Source: a virus. Taken from it: a stretch of DNA of 64,000 bases. The position numbers and the translations under genes are program-made. Below, one piece after another: positions 1-9,953 of the stretch (position 1 is the stretch's first letter; every line of letters begins with the position of its first letter). The notes under the pieces were generated by a model. That model did no database searches and was not told the origin of the DNA. It worked only from the letters and a program-made list of their open reading frames with translations. The DNA lies in IMG/VR virus record IMGVR_UViG_3300049033_000018, positions 19,638-83,637 of that record, one strand, 5' to 3'.

Positions 1-690
1 AGAAATCTTACAGCAGCAGATATTGCAGCAGTGATGATTAATGATGCCATTAACAATGGAACAACTCAAACATGGAGCTCCACTAAAATTTTTACTGAAA
101 TTCAGAATGCCATTACTCAGGCAGGAGCAGGAGCATTAATCTATAAAGGTGAATACAATCCTGTAACAAATACACCAAATGTTGGATTACCAGCAACAGG
201 TGTTAAAACTGGGTGGACTTATGTAGTATCAGTTGATGGAACCTTTTTAGGAGAATCAGTTGAAGCAGGTGATATGATTATCGCTAAGATAGATAATCCT
301 GGAACTACAAGAGCAAACTGGCAAATAGTAAATAAAAACATTCCAGCTATAGTGGCTGCTTCTACAACTGTAGCAGGTATTATAATGATTGCTACTACAG
401 CAGAAGCTTTAGCAGGAGTAGATAATACAAAAGCAATTACTCCTTTAACATTGGCAGCAGTGTTGGATTCAAGAGTTGGAGGATATGCAGCTAATATAGG
501 AGATGGTTCTACCTTATCTTATACAGTAACTCACGGACTTAATACCCAAGATGTTTCTATAACTCTTTTTAGAGTTTCAGATAGGGCTGTAGTCTATGCA
601 CAAACAGCAGCTCCTTCAGCAACTACTGTTACAGTAGCTTTCAATGTAGCCCCAGCTTCTGGAGCATACAGAGTAGTAATTAAAAAATAA
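1..690 (+). CDS. Tail fibre-associated protein (5' partial; frame open from base 1)
   Basis: Frame 1 is open from position 1 (RNLTAADIAAVM...). Contains a phage tail-fibre repeat-like segment ASTTVAGIIMIATTAEALAGVDNTKAITPLTL and a C-terminal THGLNTQDV...YRVVI domain common in tail proteins; first gene of a tail-fibre cluster. Confidence 0.7.
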   Translation, partial: RNLTAADIAAVMINDAINNGTTQTWSSTKIFTEIQNAITQAGAGALIYKGEYNPVTNTPNVGLPATGVKTGWTYVVSVDGTFLGESVEAGDMIIAKIDNPGTTRANWQIVNKNIPAIVAASTTVAGIIMIATTAEALAGVDNTKAITPLTLAAVLDSRVGGYAANIGDGSTLSYTVTHGLNTQDVSITLFRVSDRAVVYAQTAAPSATTVTVAFNVAPASGAYRVVIKK

Positions 691-700
691 CAACTAAATA

Positions 701-3700
701 ATGGCAGAACAGTATTTTAATTCTGATATATATGCAGATGGTAAAATAAAGTTAACTACAGTACCTAATGCAACAGGTACTGTAGTTACTTATAATGCTA
801 CCACAAAAGAATTATCTACTAGAACAAATGCTCAATTTATATCAGACCTAGGTTTAAATTCAGACCTTACAGCTTATGTAAAGAAAACTGGAGATACTAT
901 GTCAGGGTCTCTACACCTTATTAATGTTGCTGGAGTTATAAAGAGGGATTTATCTACCATCACTGCTGCTAGTGGATTTGCCAGAGATTTATATCAACTG
1001 ATAGGAACTAATGGAATCATTGATACTATGGGTTGGTATGGTTCAGTAGATGCAACAGGAAATGTAACAATGGGTTATGGTTTCATGGGGGGAACTAGTT
1101 ATAGTGTAAAAAATGCTTTTAGATGGACCCCTGACCAAAGAGTATTAATTGGGGGCACAGGACTTCCTTCTGGAACATATGCTTTAGATATAGTTGGAGA
1201 TACATTAACAAGAGGAAGTTATAATGCTCAAGGTGCTTTTAATTCTGCTTCAGGAGAACTTTTAGTTCAAAGGTTTGGAATTAATAGGATTAGAACAAAT
1301 ACAACTTCAATAATTCTTTCAGGAGATTCAACAAACGGAATTGTTTATCTAAGACCTCAAGGTGATTCAGTATCAACAAGTGAGGTTCAATTTAGAGCAA
1401 ATTTATCTGCTATTTTTCAAGATAATTATAATTTACATTTTGGTAATCAAACAACAACAGGTTCTTCTTTATTTCATACAAATAAAACTGATTTAATTGC
1501 AGGGTATGGTATGTGGATGAATCACAATTTACAGTTTGATGGAACAAATTTTATTCAACCAAGAGGTAGTATAGGTTCCTATGGATTTACTGCAAATTAT
1601 CATAAAGGATTTTCTTTTAATTATGCTTCTGCTACGGGGACAAATGGAAGTGTTGTAGCTTTATCTGAAGTTGTTAAAATTAACAACACAGGAACTATTA
1701 CAACATTGAATCATGGAGATTCTTCTCAATGGATTTCAGGGTTTAATAATGGATTTTTATACAGAGGTGTTTTAGGTAATACTGATTTAAATACTATTAT
1801 TACAACAGGTTGGTATGTACAAACAGGAAATGCCAATGCAACTGTAGTAAATAATTATCCAGCTCCAGCAGGTTTAGCAGGACAGTTAAGAGTTTATGCA
1901 ACTGCAACCCATTTGGTTCAAGAATATACAACTTATGCTAACAATAATGATGTTTACAGAAGATATTATTTTAATGGAACATGGTATGCTTGGGCTAAGG
2001 ATTGGGATTCAAATGACTTTACTCAAACAAATATAAATTCTTGGAATAATATTGCAGCAAATGGAGCAACTCAACAATGGGTAGACCAATATTATGTTAA
2101 TAAATCTACTCAAAATGTTATAGCAAATGACCAGTGGTTTATAACAAGTGACTATTCTTCTGGTATGGAAGATAAAATAACTTTTAGAAACGGCTATCTT
2201 TCACTAGAATGGGACCAATCTAGAATGGTATTTAGTGATGAAGGGTTTGTAGATTTGATTAAGTATGGTATTAGACAAGATGACCCTCTTTATTCAAATT
2301 TATTTTTTGGTAATACCCAGTTTAGGAATGTATTTTTTGAAAATGCTCAAGGAATATCTCCTTTCTCAGTTACTTCTTCAACACTTGTAACAAATCTTAA
2401 TGCTGATTTGCTTGATGGTAGACATGCTTCGGATTTTGTTTTAACTTCTCAAATTGGGAATTATGTTCCCACTTCTAGGACAATTACAATAAATGGTGTA
2501 ACTCAAGATTTAACAGCTAATAGAACTTGGAATACACCAGACACTGTTACTAGACTAAGAGGAACAGCTTCAGGAACATATGTTTCGGGGGATGTAACTT
2601 TAGCAGCAGGAGCTAACATAACTATCTCACAATCAGGACAAACTATAACAATTGCTTCTTCAGGAGGGACTTATACAGCAGGAAATGGATTAACTCTTAC
2701 TGGAACACAATTTAGTCTTCCTGTAGTAGCTTCAGGGACAGGAAACGGAGTAGCTAATGTAACACAAACCGCTACTGGTATTCAAGTTACAATGGGTAAC
2801 TATATGACTACTTCTCATGCAGCCAATGCTATTACAACAACTAATATAAATAATTGGAACACTGCATTTGGCTGGGGTAATCATGCAACAGCAGGGTATG
2901 CTCTAGCTGATGGTACAAATGCTACAGATACTTGGAGTAGTGCTTCTAGAGGATTGGTCTACAATCCCTTTATAGCAGGAAAAACTTTTAATGCATCTGG
3001 AGCAACTTATTTACAAGATGCTACCTATGGTAGTGTATCGGGAGTATTAAACAGTTCAGGAATAGCACAAGGAAACCCTAGTGATACTTGGTATCATAGA
3101 ATTAAAATGCTTCACGATAATTCAGCAGGATATTATACTGAAATTGCAGTACAAATGACTGGTGGAAATGGAATGCATTATAAAAGATATGAAGGGGGAG
3201 TAGACCAAGGTTGGATAAAGGTTTGGGATAATAGTAATTTTAATCCAGATAATTATGTTACATTAACAGGTAACCCTCAAACAATAACTTCTCCAAAAAC
3301 ATTTAACACTAATGTTACTATTAATGGGAACTTACAAGCAAATGGTTTACTAGGAAATGGTAGTCAAAGTAACAGTGAAGTTTGGACTACTGATGGAGGT
3401 TATATCAATATAGGTGAAATTAGTAGACTTGATGCACAATGGAGATTTCAGATTGATGGATTGACTAAGATTTTAGATATAAAGCCTACTCATGATTTAG
3501 GAGTTGTTATTTATGAAGGAGGTGGTATAGAAAATACTACATTACTTCTTCCAAGAATAACAAGACAAGGACAAGAAGTTCAAATAATAAATAAGGCAGA
3601 TGCGGTAGTTTTAATAGGTAAAGTAAGTGGCTCAACATTAATGCCTTTAAATCCAGGAGATACATTTAGGTATGTATTTGAAATATACAGCAATGTGGGG

Positions 3701-3772
3701 GATTTCTCTGAGGATATTGTAGACCTTGGGGCTTGGATACATATTGCAACAGAAAAATATACAGAATTATAA
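701..3772 (+). CDS. Long tail fibre / receptor-binding protein (1023 aa)
   Basis: Gly/Thr/Asn-rich with typical fibre motifs LNADLLDGRHASDF, DLNTIITTGWY...AGQLRVY...QEYTTY (knob-like) and WNTAFGWGNHA. Confidence 0.8.
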   Translation: MAEQYFNSDIYADGKIKLTTVPNATGTVVTYNATTKELSTRTNAQFISDLGLNSDLTAYVKKTGDTMSGSLHLINVAGVIKRDLSTITAASGFARDLYQLIGTNGIIDTMGWYGSVDATGNVTMGYGFMGGTSYSVKNAFRWTPDQRVLIGGTGLPSGTYALDIVGDTLTRGSYNAQGAFNSASGELLVQRFGINRIRTNTTSIILSGDSTNGIVYLRPQGDSVSTSEVQFRANLSAIFQDNYNLHFGNQTTTGSSLFHTNKTDLIAGYGMWMNHNLQFDGTNFIQPRGSIGSYGFTANYHKGFSFNYASATGTNGSVVALSEVVKINNTGTITTLNHGDSSQWISGFNNGFLYRGVLGNTDLNTIITTGWYVQTGNANATVVNNYPAPAGLAGQLRVYATATHLVQEYTTYANNNDVYRRYYFNGTWYAWAKDWDSNDFTQTNINSWNNIAANGATQQWVDQYYVNKSTQNVIANDQWFITSDYSSGMEDKITFRNGYLSLEWDQSRMVFSDEGFVDLIKYGIRQDDPLYSNLFFGNTQFRNVFFENAQGISPFSVTSSTLVTNLNADLLDGRHASDFVLTSQIGNYVPTSRTITINGVTQDLTANRTWNTPDTVTRLRGTASGTYVSGDVTLAAGANITISQSGQTITIASSGGTYTAGNGLTLTGTQFSLPVVASGTGNGVANVTQTATGIQVTMGNYMTTSHAANAITTTNINNWNTAFGWGNHATAGYALADGTNATDTWSSASRGLVYNPFIAGKTFNASGATYLQDATYGSVSGVLNSSGIAQGNPSDTWYHRIKMLHDNSAGYYTEIAVQMTGGNGMHYKRYEGGVDQGWIKVWDNSNFNPDNYVTLTGNPQTITSPKTFNTNVTINGNLQANGLLGNGSQSNSEVWTTDGGYINIGEISRLDAQWRFQIDGLTKILDIKPTHDLGVVIYEGGGIENTTLLLPRITRQGQEVQIINKADAVVLIGKVSGSTLMPLNPGDTFRYVFEIYSNVGDFSEDIVDLGAWIHIATEKYTEL

Positions 3773-4122
3773 TGTCAGATATAATAATAAACGTAGCAGA
3801 ATTTCAGTGTGAGTCTCCTATAATGGGTGCTACATATAGAGATTTGGGCTCTGGGGGAGCATATATATTTAACTGGACTTCACAATGGGACAATTATATT
3901 GCTCTAGGACTGAATGCTCAAGTAAGATTATTTTACTCAGGAGATGGAAATCCTGAAGTGGAATATACTAATCAAACTATGCCAGGTAACGCTAATCAGT
4001 TAGTAATAAGTGATTTACCTGGATACGATACAACAAGTTTCAAAGTTGTATTTAATGTAGATGGGGGAGATACCTGCTCATTTACTTTTGATATACCATA
4101 TTCATCAATCATAATAATATAA
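3772..4122 (+). CDS. Small beta-sandwich (Ig/FnIII-like) virion protein
   Basis: The real start is most likely ATG 3772 (TAATG overlap with the upstream stop), not 3733. Beta-rich; paralogous to 5313-5684 (CxxP, WTS, second Cys near the C-terminus). Confidence 0.55.
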   Translation: MSDIIINVAEFQCESPIMGATYRDLGSGGAYIFNWTSQWDNYIALGLNAQVRLFYSGDGNPEVEYTNQTMPGNANQLVISDLPGYDTTSFKVVFNVDGGDTCSFTFDIPYSSIIII

Positions 4123-4130
4123 AATAAAAA

Positions 4131-4784
4131 ATGGCATCAAATATCGTTATTAACGTAGCAGCTAAGGAGTTTATTAATTTCGCTCCAACTTCAGCAGCTT
4201 TAATAAGAGAACAGAACAATTCAGTTCCTACTACTCTTAGCTATTCAAATGGAATAGGACAAACTATGACAACAGGTCAAGTTTTATATTCTGTGGGTAC
4301 ATCAGGTACTCCAGGATTTCTAGAAGTAGTAGTTCAAACTGGAGTTACTTTAAATGGTTCTGGAACAGTTAACTTAGTAGTTAATTCTCTTCCAACAGCA
4401 ACTCAAGCCAACCAAACTATTAACTTTGATTTTGACCAATCAAATATTGCAATTAGCTTAACATATAATTCTAAACCAGTTACTTCAGATGTTAATATTA
4501 ACTTAACAAACAGAGGAACACATGGATTTACAACGGCTGAATTCGTAGCAGCATATACAGATTTTGATTCTGATGCTATGGCAGAAATAATGGCTACTGG
4601 AAATGTAGATGGTTATGAATATGATATTAATGGGACAAATACTTGGGTACCTTATACAGCAGGAACTTGGATTCCAGTAAGTAATATCACAAGGTTAAGA
4701 TATGTAGCAGTTGACCAAAATGCAGCATATAGTAAATCTAACCCTTGGTTTGCAAAAGATAGTCAAGGAAACATTTCACAATAA
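4131..4784 (+). CDS. Cadherin-like/Ig-like two-domain virion protein
   Basis: NSKP...FTTAEF...YTDFDSD...LRY...WFAKDSQGNIS resembles bacterial cadherin-like repeats; tail cluster context. Confidence 0.55.
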   Translation: MASNIVINVAAKEFINFAPTSAALIREQNNSVPTTLSYSNGIGQTMTTGQVLYSVGTSGTPGFLEVVVQTGVTLNGSGTVNLVVNSLPTATQANQTINFDFDQSNIAISLTYNSKPVTSDVNINLTNRGTHGFTTAEFVAAYTDFDSDAMAEIMATGNVDGYEYDINGTNTWVPYTAGTWIPVSNITRLRYVAVDQNAAYSKSNPWFAKDSQGNISQ

Positions 4785-4796
4785 AAATTTACATAA

Positions 4797-5303
4797 ATGG
4801 GAATGATAAACATAAATGTAGAGGAGCTTTTTGTTAGTCCAATGAGTTATAATGGATTTAATGTTGGGCAATCAACTATATGTGGGAATGCAGATTCTCA
4901 AAGAAATGTAAGGTTTAATGATTTATTAGGAGACTGGGTAGTTGGAAAAGATTTTTTCCATGCCCAGGGTCTTCCTGCTCAAACTTTAAGAATACTTAAT
5001 TTTACTGATAATAACTTTTTTATAGAAAATTCAACAGGTAATCAAACTCCTGCCCCAGGGTTCTTTCCAAGAAGGTTAAAAAATATCACAACAAATACTG
5101 TAATAAATACATTTCCCACCGATATACCAATAGCTAATCTTAATCAATTAGGTGTAGAAACTACAGGTCCTGAATTGATTTGTCCTTCAGATATGGTTAA
5201 TAATACAGGAAGAAGAATTAGAGAGTTGACATATAGAATACTTGATAGTAATGGTGTTTTAGGACCTATACAAGTAGCTCAATTCATAAATACACCACAA
5301 TAA
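4797..5303 (+). CDS. Ig-like virion-associated protein
   Basis: ORF in the tail cluster with a C-terminal LTYRILDSNG motif typical of Ig-like repeats; shares an N-terminal motif with its neighbours. Confidence 0.5.
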   Translation: MGMININVEELFVSPMSYNGFNVGQSTICGNADSQRNVRFNDLLGDWVVGKDFFHAQGLPAQTLRILNFTDNNFFIENSTGNQTPAPGFFPRRLKNITTNTVINTFPTDIPIANLNQLGVETTGPELICPSDMVNNTGRRIRELTYRILDSNGVLGPIQVAQFINTPQ

Positions 5304-5312
5304 TAATTTATA

Positions 5313-5684
5313 ATGGGAGATATAATAATAAATGTAGAAGCATTAATTTGTGAAGCACCAATTTTTACTCATACAGAATGGACAGGCATTAGGTATGAAT
5401 TTAGTATAGATTGGACTTCAAATGGGGATGATTATTTTTTAATTGACCCCACAACTAATTTAGAACTTAGTATGGAAATTGTAGAAGTTTCTAATAATGT
5501 AACTGTATATACAGGGGTTGTAGATTCTTCTGTACCTTTTAATGCTACTGGGTATATATTTAATGTATTAGATTATTATCAAGGATTTTCGAGCAAATAC
5601 AAGTTAATTTTAACATTAAGTTTAACATCTCAGGCAGCCTGTAATATATCCAATTCATACACACTACCTATTGATTACCCATAA
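5313..5684 (+). CDS. Small beta-sandwich virion protein, paralog of 3772-4122
   Basis: MGDIIINVEALICEAP vs MSDIIINVAEFQCESP; DWTS vs NWTS; Cys pair. Confidence 0.55.
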   Translation: MGDIIINVEALICEAPIFTHTEWTGIRYEFSIDWTSNGDDYFLIDPTTNLELSMEIVEVSNNVTVYTGVVDSSVPFNATGYIFNVLDYYQGFSSKYKLILTLSLTSQAACNISNSYTLPIDYP

Positions 5685-5707
5685 TCAAATATTAATTAAA
5701 ATAAAAT

Positions 5708-7282
5708 ATGGCAACAATATATAGCTTAGATTATAAAGTTAGAATGCTAGAAAATAGAGTACACAAGTTGTATTGCTATATTCAAAATAATCCAGGTGGA
5801 GGAGAACCAATATTTTTGGCTTCACCTGCATATACTATTTCTCAATCTGATATAGATTTCTGGAATCAAGGCGGTGGAGGACAACAATCATTACAAACTG
5901 TAACTGATGTAGGAAATTATACAACTAATCCTATTGAGTCAAATCAAGGTATTCTTGGGTCTGTACTTGGAGTTAAAAATAATAGTTTTATAGGGGTTAT
6001 TGATGGAGGTTCATTGACTCAATCCGAAAACTACCAATTACCTCCAAAGTCAGGAACTTTTGCATTATTGGATGATATTCTTCCTGAATCAGATACTTTA
6101 AATACAGTTGTTCAAAGAGGAAGTTATTCTAGCAAACCAATATCTTTTTTACCAAGTACAACAACACCTGCTACAGGGAGTCCTATTGGAGCAATAGGTA
6201 TTCATGAAGCAACTTATTCTTACTATTGGGGAGACTTTAGTCAAGCAGCAACTGGATTATATAATGTTTCTATTTCATATGGTGCTTTACAGAAACTTAC
6301 ATCAGGAGATTATAATATTGGTATTGGAGTTTTTGCAGGTAAAGAAACTACTACAGGTAAAGGAAATACTTTTATTGGAGGATTAACAGGACAGAAAAAT
6401 ACGACAGGTAATTTCAATGCTATGTTTGGAAGACAGGCAGGTAATGAAAATACTACAGGGTATAAGAATACATATTTTGGTACATACGCAGGGTATAATA
6501 ATATTACTTCTAATCTAAATGTTCTTATTGGTTACAAAGCAGGAAATCAAACTGCAATGGGAGACAGAAACTTATTCTTAGGTTCCTTTGCAGGACAGGG
6601 AGTTACAGGAACAAATAATTTACTTCTAGGAATTGGAGCAGGTAATAATGATGGAGCTATTAATAATAGACTAATCATTCATAATAATACTACTCTTACT
6701 GGATATGGAGCTAATGATACACAAGAAGGAATTCTAGGAACACCAACACAAGGTAATTTAGCAAATGCACTTATTACAGGAGCCTTTGACCAAAGATGGG
6801 TTAAGTTAAATGGATATTTAGTTGTTGGGGCTTCTTATATGCCTAATGCACAAGGAGATGCTACATATACAAAGAGTATTGTAGCTAAACCAGATGGTAC
6901 ATTTGGATGGATAGATAGGGCTGATGTAGTTAGTTCAGGAATCACTACTTTAAATACAACTGGATTTCCAGCAATATTCGCCTATAGAAATACTCTTGAT
7001 ATGAAGAATTCTTTTATTCATATTTATTTAGATTTGAATTTAGGAGACCAAGCTGTAGAGAATTGGAGTATTATTGGAACTATACCTACACAATTCAGAC
7101 CTGCACAAAATACTTTAATAACAGGAATGCTTACATATACTTTAAATGGAACTCAAACTAAAAAAATTACTATGTATATGATAGAACCTACAACAGGGAA
7201 TATAAGTATGATGGAACCTATCCCTGGAGGAACAACAGGAGTTAGCTTGACAATTTCAACTCAATATGTTAAAATGAACTAA
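5708..7282 (+). CDS. Second tail fibre/spike protein with beta-helix repeats
   Basis: LQTVTDVGNYTTN and LNTVVQRGSYSSKPI repeats plus an array of ~14-aa GxxNxxxGxxAG repeats (aa ~175-310), typical of flavobacterial phage fibres. Confidence 0.7.
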   Translation: MATIYSLDYKVRMLENRVHKLYCYIQNNPGGGEPIFLASPAYTISQSDIDFWNQGGGGQQSLQTVTDVGNYTTNPIESNQGILGSVLGVKNNSFIGVIDGGSLTQSENYQLPPKSGTFALLDDILPESDTLNTVVQRGSYSSKPISFLPSTTTPATGSPIGAIGIHEATYSYYWGDFSQAATGLYNVSISYGALQKLTSGDYNIGIGVFAGKETTTGKGNTFIGGLTGQKNTTGNFNAMFGRQAGNENTTGYKNTYFGTYAGYNNITSNLNVLIGYKAGNQTAMGDRNLFLGSFAGQGVTGTNNLLLGIGAGNNDGAINNRLIIHNNTTLTGYGANDTQEGILGTPTQGNLANALITGAFDQRWVKLNGYLVVGASYMPNAQGDATYTKSIVAKPDGTFGWIDRADVVSSGITTLNTTGFPAIFAYRNTLDMKNSFIHIYLDLNLGDQAVENWSIIGTIPTQFRPAQNTLITGMLTYTLNGTQTKKITMYMIEPTTGNISMMEPIPGGTTGVSLTISTQYVKMN

Positions 7283-7290
7283 TAATACCC

Positions 7291-7731
7291 ATGATAGCAA
7301 TAAAATCAAACAGAGAACTTTATTTTCCAAGTGGAAAAGGGTTCATAACAATGAGTATTGATATGATTATCAATAGACCTGATGTAGGAGTATATGAAAT
7401 GAGAATCATAGATACCTGTGAGAAAGAAACTGTTGTAAACGAAGAAACTATAACACAGTTTGTTGGTTATATAACTAGGTTTAAAACCATGACATATGCA
7501 GAGCTTGATGCTTTGGTACAGCTTTTAGAAGTTGATATGACAATTGGTAGTTTAAGAGAAAATATTAATGAACTTTTTAGACAAGGTTTATTAATTGTAA
7601 CTCAAAAAGAATGTATGGATGGAATCTATGGAGAACCAGGACTAGGGCAATATGCAAGTCAGGCTCAAGATTGGGAAATTTACAGACCAACAGAAGAAGA
7701 GAGACCTCCACAAATTTTAGACAGAAAATAA
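7291..7731 (+). CDS. Hypothetical protein, possibly a fibre assembly chaperone
   Basis: Complete ORF directly after the fibre gene; function inferred from position only. Confidence 0.45.
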   Translation: MIAIKSNRELYFPSGKGFITMSIDMIINRPDVGVYEMRIIDTCEKETVVNEETITQFVGYITRFKTMTYAELDALVQLLEVDMTIGSLRENINELFRQGLLIVTQKECMDGIYGEPGLGQYASQAQDWEIYRPTEEERPPQILDRK

Positions 7732-7736
7732 AAGAA

Positions 7737-8279
7737 ATGCAAAAATATATAGATATTGCAAATGAAAATCAAACAGAATTTAAATTCTTTTTGACAAAAG
7801 TATTTCCTATTACAATGAAATGGGAAGGAGGAGGTAAACTGCACAATGTTGCAGGGGATTCAGGAGGATGGACTATTTATGGTATTGCTTGGAATTATAA
7901 CAAGGAATATTTTGAGTCTTTTGAAGATTTTAAGAATATCTCTGAAGAACATGCTGCCATGTTTGCTTTTGCTAACTACTATCTGAAACTATCTCCAGAA
8001 AATCTAAAATCTAATGTTAAACTTCTTGCTTTCGATATTGCTTATAATATGGGTGTAGGTAAAGCAATTCAGTATATACAAGAATGTGCTGGAGTTACAG
8101 CAGATGGAAAGATTGGTCCAAATACAAGGGCTAAAATGGGAAATGTAACAATAGATTGTTTACAGACAAAAAGAGTAGCTTATTATAATGCTCTTAATAA
8201 GCAAACAAAGTTCAAAAAATTCTATAAAGGATGGATGAACAGAGCAGAAGATGTATATAAAACATCAAAGAAAAATTAA
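7737..8279 (+). CDS. Endolysin, glycoside hydrolase family 108-like with C-terminal PG-binding domain
   Basis: EGG...DSGGWTIYGI catalytic motif, ADGKIGPNT and FYKGWMNR. The real start is ATG 7737; the ORF-track extension from 7611 overlaps the upstream gene. Confidence 0.85.
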   Translation: MQKYIDIANENQTEFKFFLTKVFPITMKWEGGGKLHNVAGDSGGWTIYGIAWNYNKEYFESFEDFKNISEEHAAMFAFANYYLKLSPENLKSNVKLLAFDIAYNMGVGKAIQYIQECAGVTADGKIGPNTRAKMGNVTIDCLQTKRVAYYNALNKQTKFKKFYKGWMNRAEDVYKTSKKN

Positions 8280-8306
8280 TAAATTTTAACACACTTATAC
8301 AACATT

Positions 8307-8537
8307 ATGACACTTACTTTTCTTATTGTGTTTTTCGGATTAATCTTAGTTGCATTAATTGGACTTTTAACACATAGAATACATCAAGTTACGAAAAAAT
8401 TTGATAAATTATATAACTATTTCATCAGGTCAGAAAATGATTTGGATAACAAAATCAGCTTTAGTTCTTTCATGAAAGGGTTGCCTCCAACAAATGGTGA
8501 GTGTCCAACTAAAGAAGAACTAGATAGCCTAGACTAA
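8307..8537 (+). CDS. Single-TM membrane protein (lysis cassette)
   Basis: N-terminal hydrophobic helix; directly follows the endolysin. Confidence 0.5.
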   Translation: MTLTFLIVFFGLILVALIGLLTHRIHQVTKKFDKLYNYFIRSENDLDNKISFSSFMKGLPPTNGECPTKEELDSLD

Positions 8538-8538
8538 A

Positions 8539-8958
8539 ATGGAATCTTGGAAAAAGTTATTTAATAACAAATATGTTTTAACTTTTATCAAATATTATAA
8601 TCTAATATTTTTGATAGTCTATACGATTGGATGTTATATATTTTTATTCAAATTTGAGTTTTACAAAACTATATTTCAGATATTAGTTGCTCTATTTGGA
8701 TTTAATTTATCCAGTCAAGTTTTTGTAGGATATTTGATGTCCAGGTTAAACTTTTGTGAGTGGCAGAACTTGGCTTTTCTATTTAATCTAATTATAAATG
8801 TTCTAGCCCTTATATTAAAAGTACTTGGAGTATTCTTTGTAATCAAATATGATTTGATAGCCATGACTGTCCTGTGTAGTATTTTTGTCACTTACTTTAT
8901 TTTTTATTTCATTTCAAAACACCTAAAAATAAACACTCACACAACAAATTTAAAATGA
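8539..8958 (+). CDS. Multi-TM membrane protein, holin candidate
   Basis: About 4 hydrophobic segments and a basic C-terminus; lysis cassette context. Confidence 0.5.
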   Translation: MESWKKLFNNKYVLTFIKYYNLIFLIVYTIGCYIFLFKFEFYKTIFQILVALFGFNLSSQVFVGYLMSRLNFCEWQNLAFLFNLIINVLALILKVLGVFFVIKYDLIAMTVLCSIFVTYFIFYFISKHLKINTHTTNLK

Positions 8959-9356
8959 AGCTAAATTTTATTGACAGAATAATAAAGTTTTTCAATTGGT
9001 TCGTTGATTTTTTGGCAAAGCCCTTAGGTATAGCTATTTGGTCGATTGTACTGATTTTATCAGGAGTTTATTATGGTAATTATCAAAGAGAAATTGGAAC
9101 TACTGCAAACAAAGAAAAAATGCATGCAGATGAAAATAGAATAATATTACTAGAAAAAAAGATTGATACTTTATCAAACAGACTTATGAACAAAGATTGT
9201 ACCGATGAAGTTCAGAAATACATAAACCTAATACAAACCTTACAAATTCAGACAAGTCAAAACAAAGAAGAAGTCAAAAAGAGACTTGAATTGGAAAAGA
9301 AAAAAACCGAAGAATTAGAATCTTTAAATAAATCGTTATATGATAAATCACATTAA
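8955..9356 (+). CDS. TM plus coiled-coil protein, i-spanin/holin-like candidate
   Basis: One TM followed by a coiled coil; ATGA overlap with the upstream gene. Confidence 0.45.
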   Translation: MKLNFIDRIIKFFNWFVDFLAKPLGIAIWSIVLILSGVYYGNYQREIGTTANKEKMHADENRIILLEKKIDTLSNRLMNKDCTDEVQKYINLIQTLQIQTSQNKEEVKKRLELEKKKTEELESLNKSLYDKSH

Positions 9357-9822
9357 AATCTTATGTTTACTAATAGTATCAAGTTTGATACTTGCACAAC
9401 CTACTTCGACAGACAGTACTAAAGTTGTGAACACAGATATTCCTCCTACAGTTAAACCTGTAGTAGAGCAAATAGTAACAGACTCAAAGGAAACTGAGAA
9501 AGGGACACTCCAAATTACTCAGGAGATGAAAAAACAAATTTCATTAATGAAACAGATAAAATCTAGAGTTAATGAATTAAAAAAATCTTCATCAAATAAG
9601 AAGGTGTTTAAGGTAGATACAACTAAAGATAAAAATATCATTTCTGATAAAACAGCTTTAAAGTCAAAAGATACTATAATCCAAGTCAAGGGTCAAATTA
9701 TTCAGTTTGAACCTAAAAATAGAACTTGGGTAGGAAGACTCCTTCATAAGAGTGATTCTATATATTATCCTTTTATATACGATGAAGAAGGTAATAAAAT
9801 ATATTTAAAAATAACTAATTAA
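9340..9822 (+). CDS. Secreted/periplasmic protein of the lysis cassette (spanin-like candidate)
   Basis: Signal-peptide-like N-terminus; overlaps the upstream gene; no clear lipobox. Confidence 0.4.
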   Translation: MINHIKILCLLIVSSLILAQPTSTDSTKVVNTDIPPTVKPVVEQIVTDSKETEKGTLQITQEMKKQISLMKQIKSRVNELKKSSSNKKVFKVDTTKDKNIISDKTALKSKDTIIQVKGQIIQFEPKNRTWVGRLLHKSDSIYYPFIYDEEGNKIYLKITN

Positions 9823-9870
9823 CAATAATACTTTTAAAAATTTATCTTTTTGTGGTTTTAGGTAAGTTTT

Positions 9871-9900
9871 AGCCCCTTAGTGAAAATTAAGGGGTTTTTT
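9871..9900 (+). terminator. Intrinsic terminator after the tail/lysis operon
   Basis: AGCCCCTTAG-TGAAAA-TTAAGGGGTT stem followed by a T-tract. Confidence 0.8.
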
Positions 9901-9901
9901 A

Positions 9902-9935
9902 TTTGCGTATGTCAAAATTTTTTCGTATATTTGCA
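9902..9935 (+). promoter_or_regulatory. Bacteroidota sigma70-type promoter
   Basis: TTTG (9902-05), 20 nt, TATATTTG (9926-33). Confidence 0.8.
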
Positions 9936-9953
9936 AAAAAGTTTAATATAAAT

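Noticed and set aside
701-7282. DGR template/variable repeat or invertible tail-fibre cassettes
   Set aside because: No near-identical ~100-bp repeat pair, reverse transcriptase or invertase seen in the window; a self dot-plot would be decisive.
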